DNA of 64,000 bases, from the NCBI GenBank assembly GCA_022813865.1, contig JALDZX010000048.1:1-64000 (forward strand). Direction: 5' to 3'. Positions 1-12,524 of this stretch are shown here, piece after piece; position 1 is the first letter of the stretch, and each line of letters starts with the position of its first letter. The DNA comes from Xylographa opegraphella. Its lineage: Eukaryota. The notes beneath the pieces are model-generated. The model was given only the letters and a program-made list of their open reading frames with translations. It was not told the origin of the DNA and searched no databases. Position numbers and translations under genes: made by a program.

Positions 1-308
1 GTAGGGTTTCGGCGCGGGGGTGTGCATTGGCATCGGGCCGTGCATTAACCCGGGAAAACTCCTACCTATCCTACTGGTTGGCGCGTTCAATCCTGAATAG
101 ACGCGACTCTGGTATCTTATTGGCTGCGTACTACAATATGCTACGAACACGAGGTCTCCTGCAATTGTCGCAGAATCGAATTCTTAGCATCCATTGTCAG
201 TCACAAAATGCTGCGGAGAACTTGTGGTCTTCGAATCGCTTCTCCAGCCCTACCAACATCAGCAAGGTCCATGCGTCTGTTTAGAAGGTGCCGCTGAAAA
301 CTACACGA

Positions 309-3300
309 ATGACACGCAAGAGGAAGCGTGTCTGTGAGGCCTCAGAGCTCCGCTCGGTGAAGCGTCGCAAGTCTTCTGTAGTGCTTCATCGTCCTGCTGT
401 TTCCCGAAGCCATCCTGTGCTAAGTCGTTATTACCACAAGATCTACACTTTACGAGAATATCTGCTTTCTAAGCTTCCAGCGTCTGCCAAGTCCAGACGG
501 AGGAATATTGCATCTGTGAGGGGAACACTTCGAAATGCCAAACAGGTGGTTCATCAAGGCCTTCAGACGGGACGCAGCAAGGATCATGACCCGGGATGGA
601 CCGATTTGCTTGACAAGGTCCTGGTCGGCGTCGTCGCCGAAAGGGCGCCTGATAACTCGCGATTGAAAGACTTCGAGGTCTTCTCACACCGGACTTGCTC
701 GACAGTGGCAAGCAGTATCGACGAGACGGCCTTCTCACAACACGAGGTACGTCGAAAGCACCTCATACTTGTTCGCCTGTCTCGGTCCTCTTCCACTGTT
801 GTCGATATTGACCATGCAGTGGTCAGCTGGCTGCTGACATGTTTACCAGATCGTGAATTATGCCATCTCGTCTCTCTTCGACAAGATTTATCGTCAAAAT
901 CACAAACCGCCCCATATTCTCTGCCATGGGTACCATCGAGTGTTTGTGCCTCGAGGAAGTTGCGACGATCACAACACGATGGCGGGTATCCCTGGGCTTG
1001 TGTCGTTGTATCCAAATGCCCAGGTTGCTACCCTGAAAGATGCCACGTGGAGTAGCATGCTGAAACGGTTGGGAAAAGAGGGAGTTCAGATTATGTTAGA
1101 CTTGATCTTAGACTGTGGATTATTCGTAGAAGTAGAAGCCGGGAGGGACAACTTTTATCAACTATCAGGTTCGCAAACACTCTCTTGCTTAGGGTCTTCA
1201 TCCTCATCAGTGCTGCAGGTGTGCCTTTATCGGAGCTGCCGGCGTTAGAGGAAACCGACAGACGTGCTCGTAACGAAGAAGCAACCAAGAATTGTAGGTC
1301 GAGCTCAAAATGCAAGAGCGCTTCACGAAACCCGAACAGCATTTCGTTCGTGCGAAATCGGATGATGCATGCGCGCTCGGCCCTCAATGCCAAAGGTGAG
1401 GTGCAATTCGGTCTTCGTCATATCCGTAAGTCTCTACCAGGAAGTGAGCTTAAACCAGCTCTGAAGTTCTCAGATGTACTCAATCGATATCCAAAATTCG
1501 ACAATCTTGAGCATACGGTTCATATAATGAAGCACATCTTCCCTCGCCAATTCAATCTCCACAATGTTTTCACATCCTCAGTGGACAGCCGGGAAACTTC
1601 TCAAACATTCAAAGACTATACTCTTCGAGAAGAGGAGATTGCACTTGCCGCACTCCGTAACCCACCCAAGCTCGGTAACAACAAATTGATGAAATGCAGT
1701 GCCAATATACCAAGGAGGCTCCGTGGCTCCCTTTTACGTTTGGTCGCTAAGTTGCAAAGATTGCACTCCAAATGTTCTTACGTCGAACTTCTGAAGCACT
1801 ATTGTCATATCGATGTAGGTTGGCTCACAACAAAGTAGGAACACTGCTGATAGCCCTCCCAGTGGATAGACGGCCGGGCAATTCGTAAACATCGGAAGAG
1901 AGGCAACCGTCGCTCAGGTTGCGATTTCCGTGGAAATCCGGTAGCAAAGCGTGCCATGGACAACGGAACATCGAAGCCATCCATCACAGATGTTGCCACC
2001 CCGGCCGAACAGGTGTCATCTTTCTGCCGAGCTGTACTACTCAGACTCGTACCACTCGATCTCTGGGGACAAGGCCAAGACGGGGAGGAAAACAAACACG
2101 TTATCATGCACCACGTGAACCAGTTCATATTCCTAAGACAGTATGAGAACATGAACCTGCACAGTGTATCCCAAAAGCTCAAGGTACTTCTCCTCACCTC
2201 AAAATGACAGCCTACCGACTGCTTCTGACAATGAACAAAGATGCGCTGTATCGCTTGGCTCGCGCCACCACAACTTGACCCATGTCAGAAATTATCGAAG
2301 TCGGATAGCGATAAGCGCCGAGAAATTCTTCTTGAGCTACTGTACTATGTGTTCGATTCGATTCTTATTCCTCTTGTTCGTGCTAACTTCCATGTCACTG
2401 AGTCTAATGCACATGGCAATAAATTGTTCTTCTTTCGTCACGATTTGTGGCGAGCGTGCACTGAACCGTCGTTGAGTAACATCAAGCTCACAATGTTCGA
2501 GGAGATCCGGACTGTGAGAGCCAGGAGACTCTTGGATGCTCGAACCTTGGGCTTCAGTCAGATTAGGCTTCTTCCAAAGGCGAATGGACTACGGCCAATC
2601 ATGAACTTGCGTCGGCGAGTCACCAAAATGCAGGATGGAAAAACTGTGCTTGGACGTAGCATAAACTCTGTCATGGCCCCAGTCTTTAATATGCTAAGTT
2701 ACGAGAAATCCAGGCAACCGGATCGTCTAGGCTCGGCACTATTCTCTGTTGGTGACCTCTACCCAAAGCTGAAAGCATTTCGAGCTCAGCTTCTTGCTAG
2801 TAAGAGAGGGCATGAGTGCTTATATTTCGTGAAAGTTGATGTTCAATCTTGTTTTGACACAATACCGCAACGTCAAGTGACAGCGCATATAGAAACCCTG
2901 TGCTCAGAAACCGAATACCGCATTTCTCGTCATGCGGAGATCAAGCCGAATAACGCTCACGACTACCGCAGTGGAATCCAACTGGAGTCAAAACCAAGGC
3001 GTAAGTTCGTGGCCACTGCCCGAGCGGGTCAAGATTATAAGAACTTTCAAGAAATGATCAACGAGAAATGGGGACCTGTCAAAAAGAGCACAATATTTGT
3101 TGACCCAGTGGTGCAGTCTTTGCAGGAGAAAGACACATTGCTTGACCTCCTTAGGGAACATGTTGAGCAAAACGTCGTGAAGATTGGCAAGAAGTTTTTC
3201 CGCCAGAAGCAGGGCATACCACAAGGCTCAGTCTTGTCAAGCCTCCTCTGCAACTTCTTCTATGCTGAATTCGAGAAGGAATGCGTTGATTTTCTGAGCA

Positions 3301-4444
3301 CGTCCGATAGCCTTCTACTGCGACTCATCGACGACTTCCTGCTCATCACCACTAATCATTCACATGCGACAAGGTTCGCACAGATTATGCACAAGGGTAG
3401 TGAGAAATATGGAGTCCATGTAAGGGCGGACAAGAGTCTCACAAATTTCGAATGCATCATCGACACGACATCGTTGCCTCGTCTGGACTCAGGAAGTGGA
3501 TTCCCCTACTGCGGAACCATGATCGATACGGCGACATTAGAGATCACGAAGGACAGAGGAAGGCGTATGCAAACTGGTAGGCTGTCATTCTGCTCCATCC
3601 GCATCATTTGCATACTTACATTGAGTAGTGCTGGCCGACTCACTCACGGTAGAAACATCGAAGATGCCGGGAAGGATGTTCTATCGGAAAGCCATGAAGT
3701 ACGATTGGTGATGGCACAGCGTTCTCCCCGGAAACTTGCTGATAGTTCCGCGTCATAGTGCATTCAAGATCCAGACCCACGCCATGTTCATGGACACGTC
3801 CTTTAATTCGCAGACCACGGTTCTCTCAAACATCTACCAAAACTTGTCGGAGACAGCGATGAAGTACTATCGATATGCCAAAGCCATGGGTGGTCGGAGG
3901 CGACTGCCGGCTTCTTTGTTGAAGCGTGAGTCCATTCCTGAACCCGGAGGCGACTTGTCGTTCTCTAACATGGTTTTGAACCCAAACGAGGCTTACACTT
4001 CCGGTAGAGACTATTCAGGACCTGAGTAAATTGGCCTTTGTCCTTATTGAGAGTAAGCACCACGGCCATAGCTCCATCGGGTTCAAGTGCAGCGTAAGCA
4101 AGGCCCAGATCGAATGGTAAGCAAGCCTTCAATACTCGATCCTAAACGTCAAGTGTGTTGATGGTGAGGACGACACGGCGTGGTTCATGCGCATTGCCAT
4201 GTGGTGCTTAGGGGTGTGGGGGTTATTAAGGTGGGTAGTTGAGCGTGGGGCTGACACATCGCGTAGGCTGGTCTGGACGGCTTTCCGACACGTGTTAGGC
4301 ACGAAGCAAAGCAACTACCAGGAAGTAATTGTCTGGCTCGACGGACTGATCAAGTCGGTGACTGCGCTGACCGCAGTGGAATTGACAACGCTGCGTTCCG
4401 TCGCGCGACGTGGAAATGTAATGTTCGTCAACTACAAATACTGA
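309..4444 (+). CDS. TERT: Telomerase reverse transcriptase, 10 exons (309-746, 850-1168, 1219-1425, 1474-1814, 1863-2183, 2241-3576, 3629-3698, 3759-3925, 4008-4116, 4267-4444), about 1161 aa
   Basis: T motif FHVTESNAHGNKLFFFRHDLW; motifs 1/2 IRLLPKANGLRPIMN; A LYFVKVDVQSCFDTIPQ; B' RQKQGIPQGSVLSSLLC; C LLRLIDDFLLIT; E FPYCG; TEN-region GLRHIHVLNRY after splicing. All nine GT-AG introns join in phase (3486 nt CDS). Confidence 0.97.
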
Positions 4445-5246
4445 GGTGGCGACCGTAATCCATAACTTTTACTCAAGCAGCACCACGACCATGAATTAGG
4501 TAGCCTAGACCAGTTCGCAATGAACACCAATGAAAGAGAGCATGTAGCAATCTCCTATCGCTTCATGTCATGCGACAAAGGACTGTGCAGTAGTAAGGAC
4601 TTTTGATACCACCGCCGGTCGACCTCGCCAGCCTCCGGGGCGTTGCATTGACTTGAGTCCTGTTCCCAACCTCCCCAGTGCGGTGTTATGCCTGGCCAAA
4701 CCCCCCCCCCCCCAAATCCAACTTCCAAACGTTCAGGTGTACAGTCCACCTTGATCACGGTTTCTTTGCACCGCTGATGATCGATTGGTATCTCATCTCC
4801 ATCTGTCCAACAGACTGATTGTCGAGCAGTCTGCTGTCTATCTCTCTCTCCGTCCCAACGGGCGCGCCAGAGCGTCATTTCCAGATTTGCTACGACACGC
4901 TAGCGAGGGTCAGCCCCCTGGCCAGCCGGAACGCACGATGCGGTCAACATCTTCTCTGCTCACGCCCGGCGACTGCCTTCCCACGATCGAGAGCGAGCTG
5001 TATTGCTACGGTGTATATATTTGTGATGGAAAGGAAGAGCAGGAACAACACTCGTTAGACCATTACCTTCGTTTTCCGGCCGTGTACGACTCGCTACATC
5101 GAATCTCATTCCCTTTGGTTACAATCAAGACAGCATCTCCCGAGCCTCTATTTCCTTTGCAGCGGCCGATTACCACCGCGAGACCAGACACGAACTTCAG
5201 GCGAGTCCGCGCGCTGACAGGACCGCCATTGAACCTTGATGGTGGC

Positions 5247-7706
5247 ATGATGACCTCTGTTCAGGCACCAGGCTCGCCCCCCGAGCTCACGAGCTCGAAA
5301 TCTTCCAAGTCCTCTTCGTTCCACTCCTCCTCGTTTTCCGGTCCTGACGGCCCTGCCTCGGATCTCTCGCACTTTGAAGACATTGGCTTGGAGGATGAAA
5401 GACCTTCTACAGTTGAAGATCTTTACGGCCACAGCAGATCCAACCTATCGCGGCCTTCTGCGTTTCGGAAGACATCGGCATCGATGAGGGGAGATAATGG
5501 TAGCACTGCAATAGGCTCGGCGCCGCGGGAATTGGTGAATGGAACGATTAGGCCGATGTACCCTTCGTTGTATGGTCAGGTCAGATCGGTTGTCGGCCAA
5601 ACCACGGCCCAGTCTCTCGTTCTCCCCAACGGCCAGGGTTTGAGAAAGAGTATCGTCAGTCCCTCGGCTCCGTCCCTAGCAATGACTGCGATGCGGAATC
5701 GAAGCCGATCGCGGTCGCCATCTCCCACTCACCCACAAAACATTCCACCGTCCCCGCGTTCCCTACCAGGTGGCGCAAATCAACGGCCTCGTGGTTCACC
5801 AATCATCCGACGATCGACAAGTCGGACAGGATCATGGCAAACGAATCGAAAGACTGCAAAAGAGATTGAAGACGAGTACCACGATTCGGACGAGGACCTC
5901 CCCGATGATGCAAGTCTCTGGAACGTCCCTCTTTCTCCAGCACTTTTTCGCACAACCTCCACTGCAGCTTCATCCGCCAATCCTTCGCCGAGTACAAGCC
6001 CTGAAAGACCGTCGTATCTCAACAGACCGCTTGGTATCGATCAGAAAGCTGTTCGACCGATCCATACCGCACCTGCAAGTCATCAGCCTCCCCGTGGTTC
6101 CCTTGCTTCTGTGCCGGTCTCCCCGATAAAGCTAGGTTTCCCTCGTGGCATGTCAACTGGCATGATGCCCGATCATTACGGGTACCCAAAAACTCGTGTT
6201 AAGTCATGGACCATTGCTCTTGCCGAACTATCAGAAGAAGCGAAATCTCTTTCGGAAGCTCTAGAAGCGCATGCGTTTGAGGTCGATCGTCAGACTGAGG
6301 AGCAACTCCAGAACGGAGAGCCTGTTGTGAGGCCAAATTCAGGACAATTAGCCAGATCGAGGACAAGTATAATTGAATTACCGCCGCTAAGAAAGAGTGA
6401 AGTCATGATTGATCCTCTACCCATTAGCAAAGAGAAGGAACTGGTATTGAGCAGAACGAGACCAAGCTGGCTGCCCCCGAAAAATCGCAAGGAGGAGAAG
6501 AAGCATCTGAAGGAATACCAACGAATGATGGAACTAAGCCTTGAGGCTGGTAAGGCACACCTCGATCATCATTATTTCTCTTACTGACTGAAACCCTAGA
6601 CAAGAAGAGGGCTGCAAAGGCTGCTTCTATTCAATGCGTTCGGGATGATACCAAAGCCACACTTCTCCGAATCTGGGAAGAGCACGTCATTCCCAACTGG
6701 GACCAAGCGGTTCGGGAACCTCGCACTCGAGAACTTTGGTGGAGAGGTATCGCACCTCATTCTAGGGAGGAAGTGTGGAAGCGGGCCATTGGCAATGAAC
6801 TCGCATTGACAGAATCCACTTATATCAAAGCGCTTCAAAGAGCCAAGGCCACAGAAAAAGAGATCCAAACCCAGAAAAGTGGGGATGAAAGGAAAGAGAA
6901 AGTCTGGTTCGCCGCTATCCGACGAGATGTGGATGCAACATTTCCGGACTTGAAGTTGTTTCAGCTCGGGCGGCCGCTTTATGGCGCTCTCACGGATCTT
7001 TTGATGGCCTATACTATGTACCGGTCCGATGTTGGTTACAGCCATTGCACGCATGTGAGCCATCATCTTGCACCACATCCAAGGGTATTAGTACTAACAG
7101 AATCTCGTATAGCTTCCCGCCGCTCTTCTGCTCATCAACGTCAACACGCCTGGGCTGGCATTCACCTTGCTTGCTAATTTGCTTAACCGTCCTCTCCCAC
7201 TTGCCTTCGTGACCGGCGACTCAGCTGGCACCACAAGAACCTACGAGCTGACACTCAATCTGCTCGCCACCAAATTCCCAAAGCTTCACACCCATCTCTT
7301 CACACATCTCGCCATCTCCCCCTCTGAGATCTTCGAGCCTATGATCCGCTCCCTCTTCCTCCGTGGCAGCTACTCCAGCGAGCTCGACTCGTCCAACCCG
7401 CCCGCGTCTCCCATGTCCGTGGTCTCGCCCTCCTCCGCCGCCGCGTACACCGGCCCGAGCGGCCTCTCGCTCGAGCTTGCCTCGCGGGTCTGGGACGTGA
7501 TGGTCTTCGACGGGGACGCGATGGTGATCCGCACGTGCGTGGCCATCTTGGGGTGCTTGGAGATCGGCCTGTACGGCAACCGGGAGGACGTGCTGCGTGT
7601 TTTGGGGTGGAACGGGACGATGGGCCGAGATTCCCTGGCGGGGATGGGGGAGGATGCGTTTATGGACATGGTGAGGAGTGTGGGCAAGGAGGGCAAGAGG
7701 AGATGA
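5247..7706 (+). CDS. TBC (Rab-GAP-like) domain protein with long Ser/Pro-rich N-terminus; exons 5247-6549, 6600-7054, 7113-7706 (alternative in-frame ATG at 4938)
   Basis: IDPLPISKEKELVLSRTRPSWLPPK, LWWRGIAPHSREEVWKRAIGNEL, IRRDVDATFPDLKLFQ, YRSDVGY and RVWDVMVFDGD are typical of fungal TBC1D12/14-like proteins; introns join in phase. Confidence 0.88.
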
Positions 7707-7821
7707 AAGGGACGCCGGGGCGAGGTAATGGGAGAGAGATGGGCTTGATGTCTTTCGGGGGGGCGGGGACCACGAACGATTAATGTTTCCTACGAACGCG
7801 GAATTTCGTTTTTGGAGTGGC

Positions 7822-7847
7822 TTGTTGTTGTTGTTGTTGTTGTTGTT
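7822..7847. repeat. (TTG)n microsatellite, about 8 units, 3' of the TBC gene
   Basis: ttgttgttgttgttgttgttgttgtt read directly. Confidence 0.9.
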
Positions 7848-8639
7848 TGGATAGCCGTGCAGTGTCGTAGTATGGCCCGGCGCGCTGACGTCGCCGCCGC
7901 TGCCGGACTGGGTCGGGCGCGTTTGAGACGCAGCTAGTCGAGAGCGTAATGAATGGCATTCTGGTACTCCGTAAGGTACCCTTCTGTTCTTGATACTTCA
8001 ATGCGTGGACTGCTTTTCCGTGTCTGGCAGTCGGCTGGGCGGCTTCGTGGACTGGGGGGGTTGGTGTACGGTACGGTAGTTTACAGTGCTGCTATGAGGG
8101 GGACTGAGTCTTGTTCTGTACCTTATGAAGTATGGATACGCGGTAGAGCTCGGTAGGGGTTAGACGCGGTTATGATGGTAGGGTGGTGTGGATAGGTAAG
8201 GTTTTATTGTGGCTGGTTGGGTGGGTTGGTGGGTATGTTGTATGCTGGGAATGGCTGTTTTGCGCCGTACATACAGGTACGCTAGGACTGGGATGGGACT
8301 AGTGGGATGGGGTTGGACCCGCTCGCTTGCTCGCTTGGCGGGTTTCTTTGTTTGCTTTGCTTCGAGACGGGGGATGGAGGACGGAGGGCGGGATGTTCGG
8401 GGGAGTGGTTGATGTTCGTTGATGCATGGATCTTGTTTGGCTCTGGGGTGGGTTTCTTATTGCAAAATGTGACCCTGTTGGAGGAGTTGGGATGTTTCTG
8501 TGGCTTCTGTCTCGTTCGCGTGAAATGATGCATTTTTAAAGAGTTTGTTTTCACACTTGCGAGAGCTAGACTACGGGCATGGTGCTTGACGTATGGTGTC
8601 TGGGAGGCGGTTGGATACGAAATGCTCGCTGTTGAGCAT

Positions 8640-8942
8640 CTTTTGCTGCACAACTTGATTCAAAATTCGTATCCTGAATCGTATCACTTACTGAAGTGTT
8701 TCATGGCTTTATCAAGCGCCATGGCAAAGCCAATGTCTACCATCTATGCGAAAGACGCCACTTGCGGGCTTCTCCGCGCCTGCAGGCTCTTAATCTACAC
8801 AGTTGCTATACTCGGAAAGTACTTTTCCTTAACGGATACGACTTACCCAACAAAGAGACGTTTGCAGCCGACAGGAATCCGCTATGACGGACAACTGAAA
8901 AGTCTTCCGGGTCTTTATGAATTGATACTTTGGCGGCCTTAA
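8640..8942 (+). pseudogene. Probable decayed F-box-like gene relic
   Basis: Frameshifted LLHNL/FKIRIL/YHLL resembles LLCDLPAELRLMIYRLLL of the next gene; downstream LLRACRLLIY resembles ILRTCKLF and LLRVCKLA of the two intact neighbours. Confidence 0.35.
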
Positions 8943-10181
8943 TGAATGAGCAGTATATTGGTTGGTAGACTCAAAGATCGAGGTTGCTACATCTATCGGG
9001 CACAATGATTGCAGTACCAAGAGATCGATCAAAAGCTCGGGCTTCTATTGACAACTACCACGCGAATGCCCTGGAAGAATATCTTGCATGGTTCACTCTA
9101 GGACCCACCAGGTGGTAAAACTGCAAACCAAAGGAGAAAGAGTACAGGTGATTATAAATTAGGTTTGATGGCTATTAGTGTTTCGGCCATGAGGAAGTTG
9201 ATTGATTTTCTAGCACGCTGTTTGGTGCTATTCGACGACGGCTTCGGTGAAGTGCACTGTATGTTCCTTGCACTCGAACCGACCTGGCCTTGATATCAGA
9301 TCATCGCCTAGAAGGACACCAATTTATTGTGAGCTTTTGTGCCATATCTTTTATATAATTGAGATCACCGGTGGGCAGCCCAGAGAGGATTTGCACCTCA
9401 CGGGCTTCAACCGTTTGTCTTGCACCATCCGTCTATACCCCAGAGCGACCACGATTCTCAACACTTGCGCCTTGCAGCAAAGTAGCGTAAGATTGTTGGG
9501 TATTTGTCTGCTGATTATTACAGTCCTGGAGGTCTAGTTGGGACTGTAGTTGCGAGAAGCATATCTCGCAACTTCCATACCCCGGCTACATCTCTCTGTA
9601 ACTCAATAGGTAGGTATAGCCCGACGTTAATTGTACTTCAACATAAGTCGAGAAGATCTAACACTAAGGAAACCCTACTTACCGACTTAAGCGAGTCCCA
9701 AATTTCCTCACGCTTGATTAGTCCAATCTCCGTACTTCCTTCCTACTCATGTTTTGCCGACGCGAGATAACACACAACATCACTCTATCGGTCAACATGA
9801 GCTTTTGTTATGCTTGTAGTTCCCCCATCCTCGGCCATTGATAGTAGTCTCGGTACGTACGCTGCTTTTCATTCAAGTGAACCATCCGCTCGGGCTTCGT
9901 TCCGAGGAAGAGAATCAATCGTTCGTATCATCGTCCTAACAACACTTCTGAAGGCGATTGCCAATCAAGCTCGTGTCGTGGCTACCGAACCAAGCTCATG
10001 GGCCCGGAGCTGACTTTCTTGACGTGAGATTCCCAGTGTTGTCATTTCCAACACTAGGCACTCTGCAGTTGCTAATCCGTCTTAGGAATCATCTTGCTCT
10101 GATCAGCGACGTCAACGACACAGTCACATCGCAACGAATCCGTGGACCTGAAGCCTAGCCTCAACCTCAAATCTCCTCATC

Positions 10182-11181
10182 ATGTCGAGCTGCATTTCCC
10201 ATGACGGGAAAGAGGTGGGTCCCTGGGATGTAGGAAACTCTAGACATGGTATAGTATCAGAGCACCCGTCGTTACGTCCGCCAACATCAAAGTCTTTGTT
10301 ATGTGACCTTCCCGCGGAACTGAGATTGATGATATATCGACTGTTATTGTGTTCCGATGAGCCGCTCTTACTGCTGCCATATGGTAGAAACCCCAGCAAC
10401 ATCACAGTATTTGATACATATGTTTACCCCTCGATCCTCCGTACCTGCAAGCTCTTCAACCAGGAAGCGACATACTTGCTTTACTCGGCGAACACGTTAT
10501 CAATGAATGCATGGCTTCTTTCCAAATTTGCCAACAGGAACGGCTTAGGTTTGCCCATTGGTAAGATCAACGCTGGATCTCTTAGGTTCCTGAACATTCA
10601 GTATGATATCGAAAAGCTTGCCGACCTTGCGTGTGATCTGGTGGAGGATATTAAGCCCAGGCACTTGGTTTTGCTGCAGGAGATGCCAGGCCTTGAGGAG
10701 ATAACGCTTTGGAGATTCGACGAAAGAGATATCACCCATATGGCAGCATGCTGCCTGCACCATCGTCCTGGCACAACTGAATACTTCATCAGCACTATAG
10801 AGGCAACCTCGCGACTCTTGATTGCCGCGTTGCAGGATATCGTGGAGAACCAGCTGAAAGGTTTATCGAAGAGCAGTGAGCATGGCGATAGGAACGCGTC
10901 CTCACCCAAAATATACATCACGTGCAACAATGCATCTGTGCGTCTTGCAATCAAGGGAAAATCTTTGAGGATGAAAGACAATGTAAGTGCCCTCCGAACG
11001 TCAAGGTGGATCCAAGCCCAAACCCAGAACTCCAGATCGATGTCAAGGGCCCAGGAGGCTCTACTCCACGTTCCAGTTGCACTAGCTAATTACTTTGCGT
11101 AACCAGGAACGAGTGGTACCGGAAATTGCGGAGACCAAAGCAGAGATTCGGAAGATAGTCAAGGCTTTGACCGATCACTGA
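10182..11181 (+). CDS. F-box-like (LPxExRxxIY) fungal protein; exons 10182-10982, 11107-11181
   Basis: LCDLPAELRLMIYRLLL and ILRTCKLFNQEATYLLYSANT motifs; intron GTAAGT...GCTAAT...CAG. Confidence 0.75.
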
Positions 11182-12524
11182 TATGAGACAGACGAGGCAT
11201 GTTGAAACGAATGATGGAGGGATAGGATAGGATGTCTAGGCTGGATAGCCTCATCACGGAGGTTCGCTTGCAGAGAAGATATGCAATACCATCTTCTGTT
11301 CAAGACTTTACAACAAAAAAAATGTGCTGCTAAGATACACATACTGTATAGCTATGTAGCGGTGGTCGGCGATACTTTGAGTAGGGCCAGAAGACTTGCC
11401 TGATGGAAAAACCTTGTTTCCAAGCTGGACGTAGTGGCGTATCCTACTGGCTTGAAGGTTGAGAGATCCCTCAGATGTACACAGCCCGCTGCTAGCTAAT
11501 AAGAGTTTGCTTCACCTATGATATCGTTCTTATGTTGTGTCAGACCTGGAGATTCGAGCAGACTTGACGTGGTAGGATATGGTGCGTCTTTAAATAGCCT
11601 CGACTTCTGACCGTGTCGAATACAGTGTAGCACGTCAGCAGCTCATCGTCGCCAATGCTACGCTGCTGAGCAGACTCGTTGAGTACGATATTGCGCTGCT
11701 GCTAGCTTCAGTTTTGTATACATACGCAGTTTCAAGTACAGATTCTAGCACTCCCAGGAATTTGGCGCTTGGCGTTGCGGCTTAAAATTTAGAGTTACGG
11801 GCTGGAGGTCAGCAAAGCACTAACTCGTAAGGGATTAGTGCGCGGTGTCTGAGGAACCGAAGTAACACCATGTGTTGTGATAAAATCATGATTGAAAACT
11901 GATAGCCATGAAGCATGAAAATCTCCTTTACCCTAATACACTACCTAATTTTACAAAGAAGGAGGAGACTAGCGATGAACATGCTGCTGCTGCTTATGCT
12001 GCTCCTTAGCCTTACCGAGTAATAGTACACAACGTCTTCGTCCTCGAGTCTGCACGCGGCCTTAGGACTGCATAGCATGCCCTCAAACAGCGTTATCAGC
12101 AACATCACAGCCGGCGGTAAAACAAATATCATTCTTAAGTGAGCATTATGTGAATTGAAAATGAATAAACTGTACGGAGTTTTGAATACTGGCGATATCA
12201 ACTTCACTCGTGCTATGTTTTATAAAAGTGTATCATGGAGCTATTCATATCACACGATTCAATTCACATCGCACACTTTGTTGATATAATCTATATATTC
12301 TATTCCCATCGCCCAGCTTGGCCTCTCCATTTCATTACATATGTACTGTCTCTCGCATATCGAGCGTACATCAAACTAAGCCCCCAAATTTGTGGTATTT
12401 CATTGACTCCTTCTCACAAACTCGACCGTCTATTGACCTAATATTGGCATCCAAGTAAGATTTTCTCATCATCCGTCCTCTAGAGCATGTCAAGCTTACA
12501 TATTTAGCTGGAGATTGAATCGCT

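Noticed and set aside
2241..3576. RT domain as a retroelement
   Set aside because: The T motif, TEN/TRBD regions and nine spliceosomal introns identify cellular TERT; no LTR, gag or endonuclease.
8152..8163. TAGGGGTTAG (CTAACCCCTA on minus) as a telomere seed or template
   Set aside because: Single short hit in a GT-rich 3' region; expected by chance.
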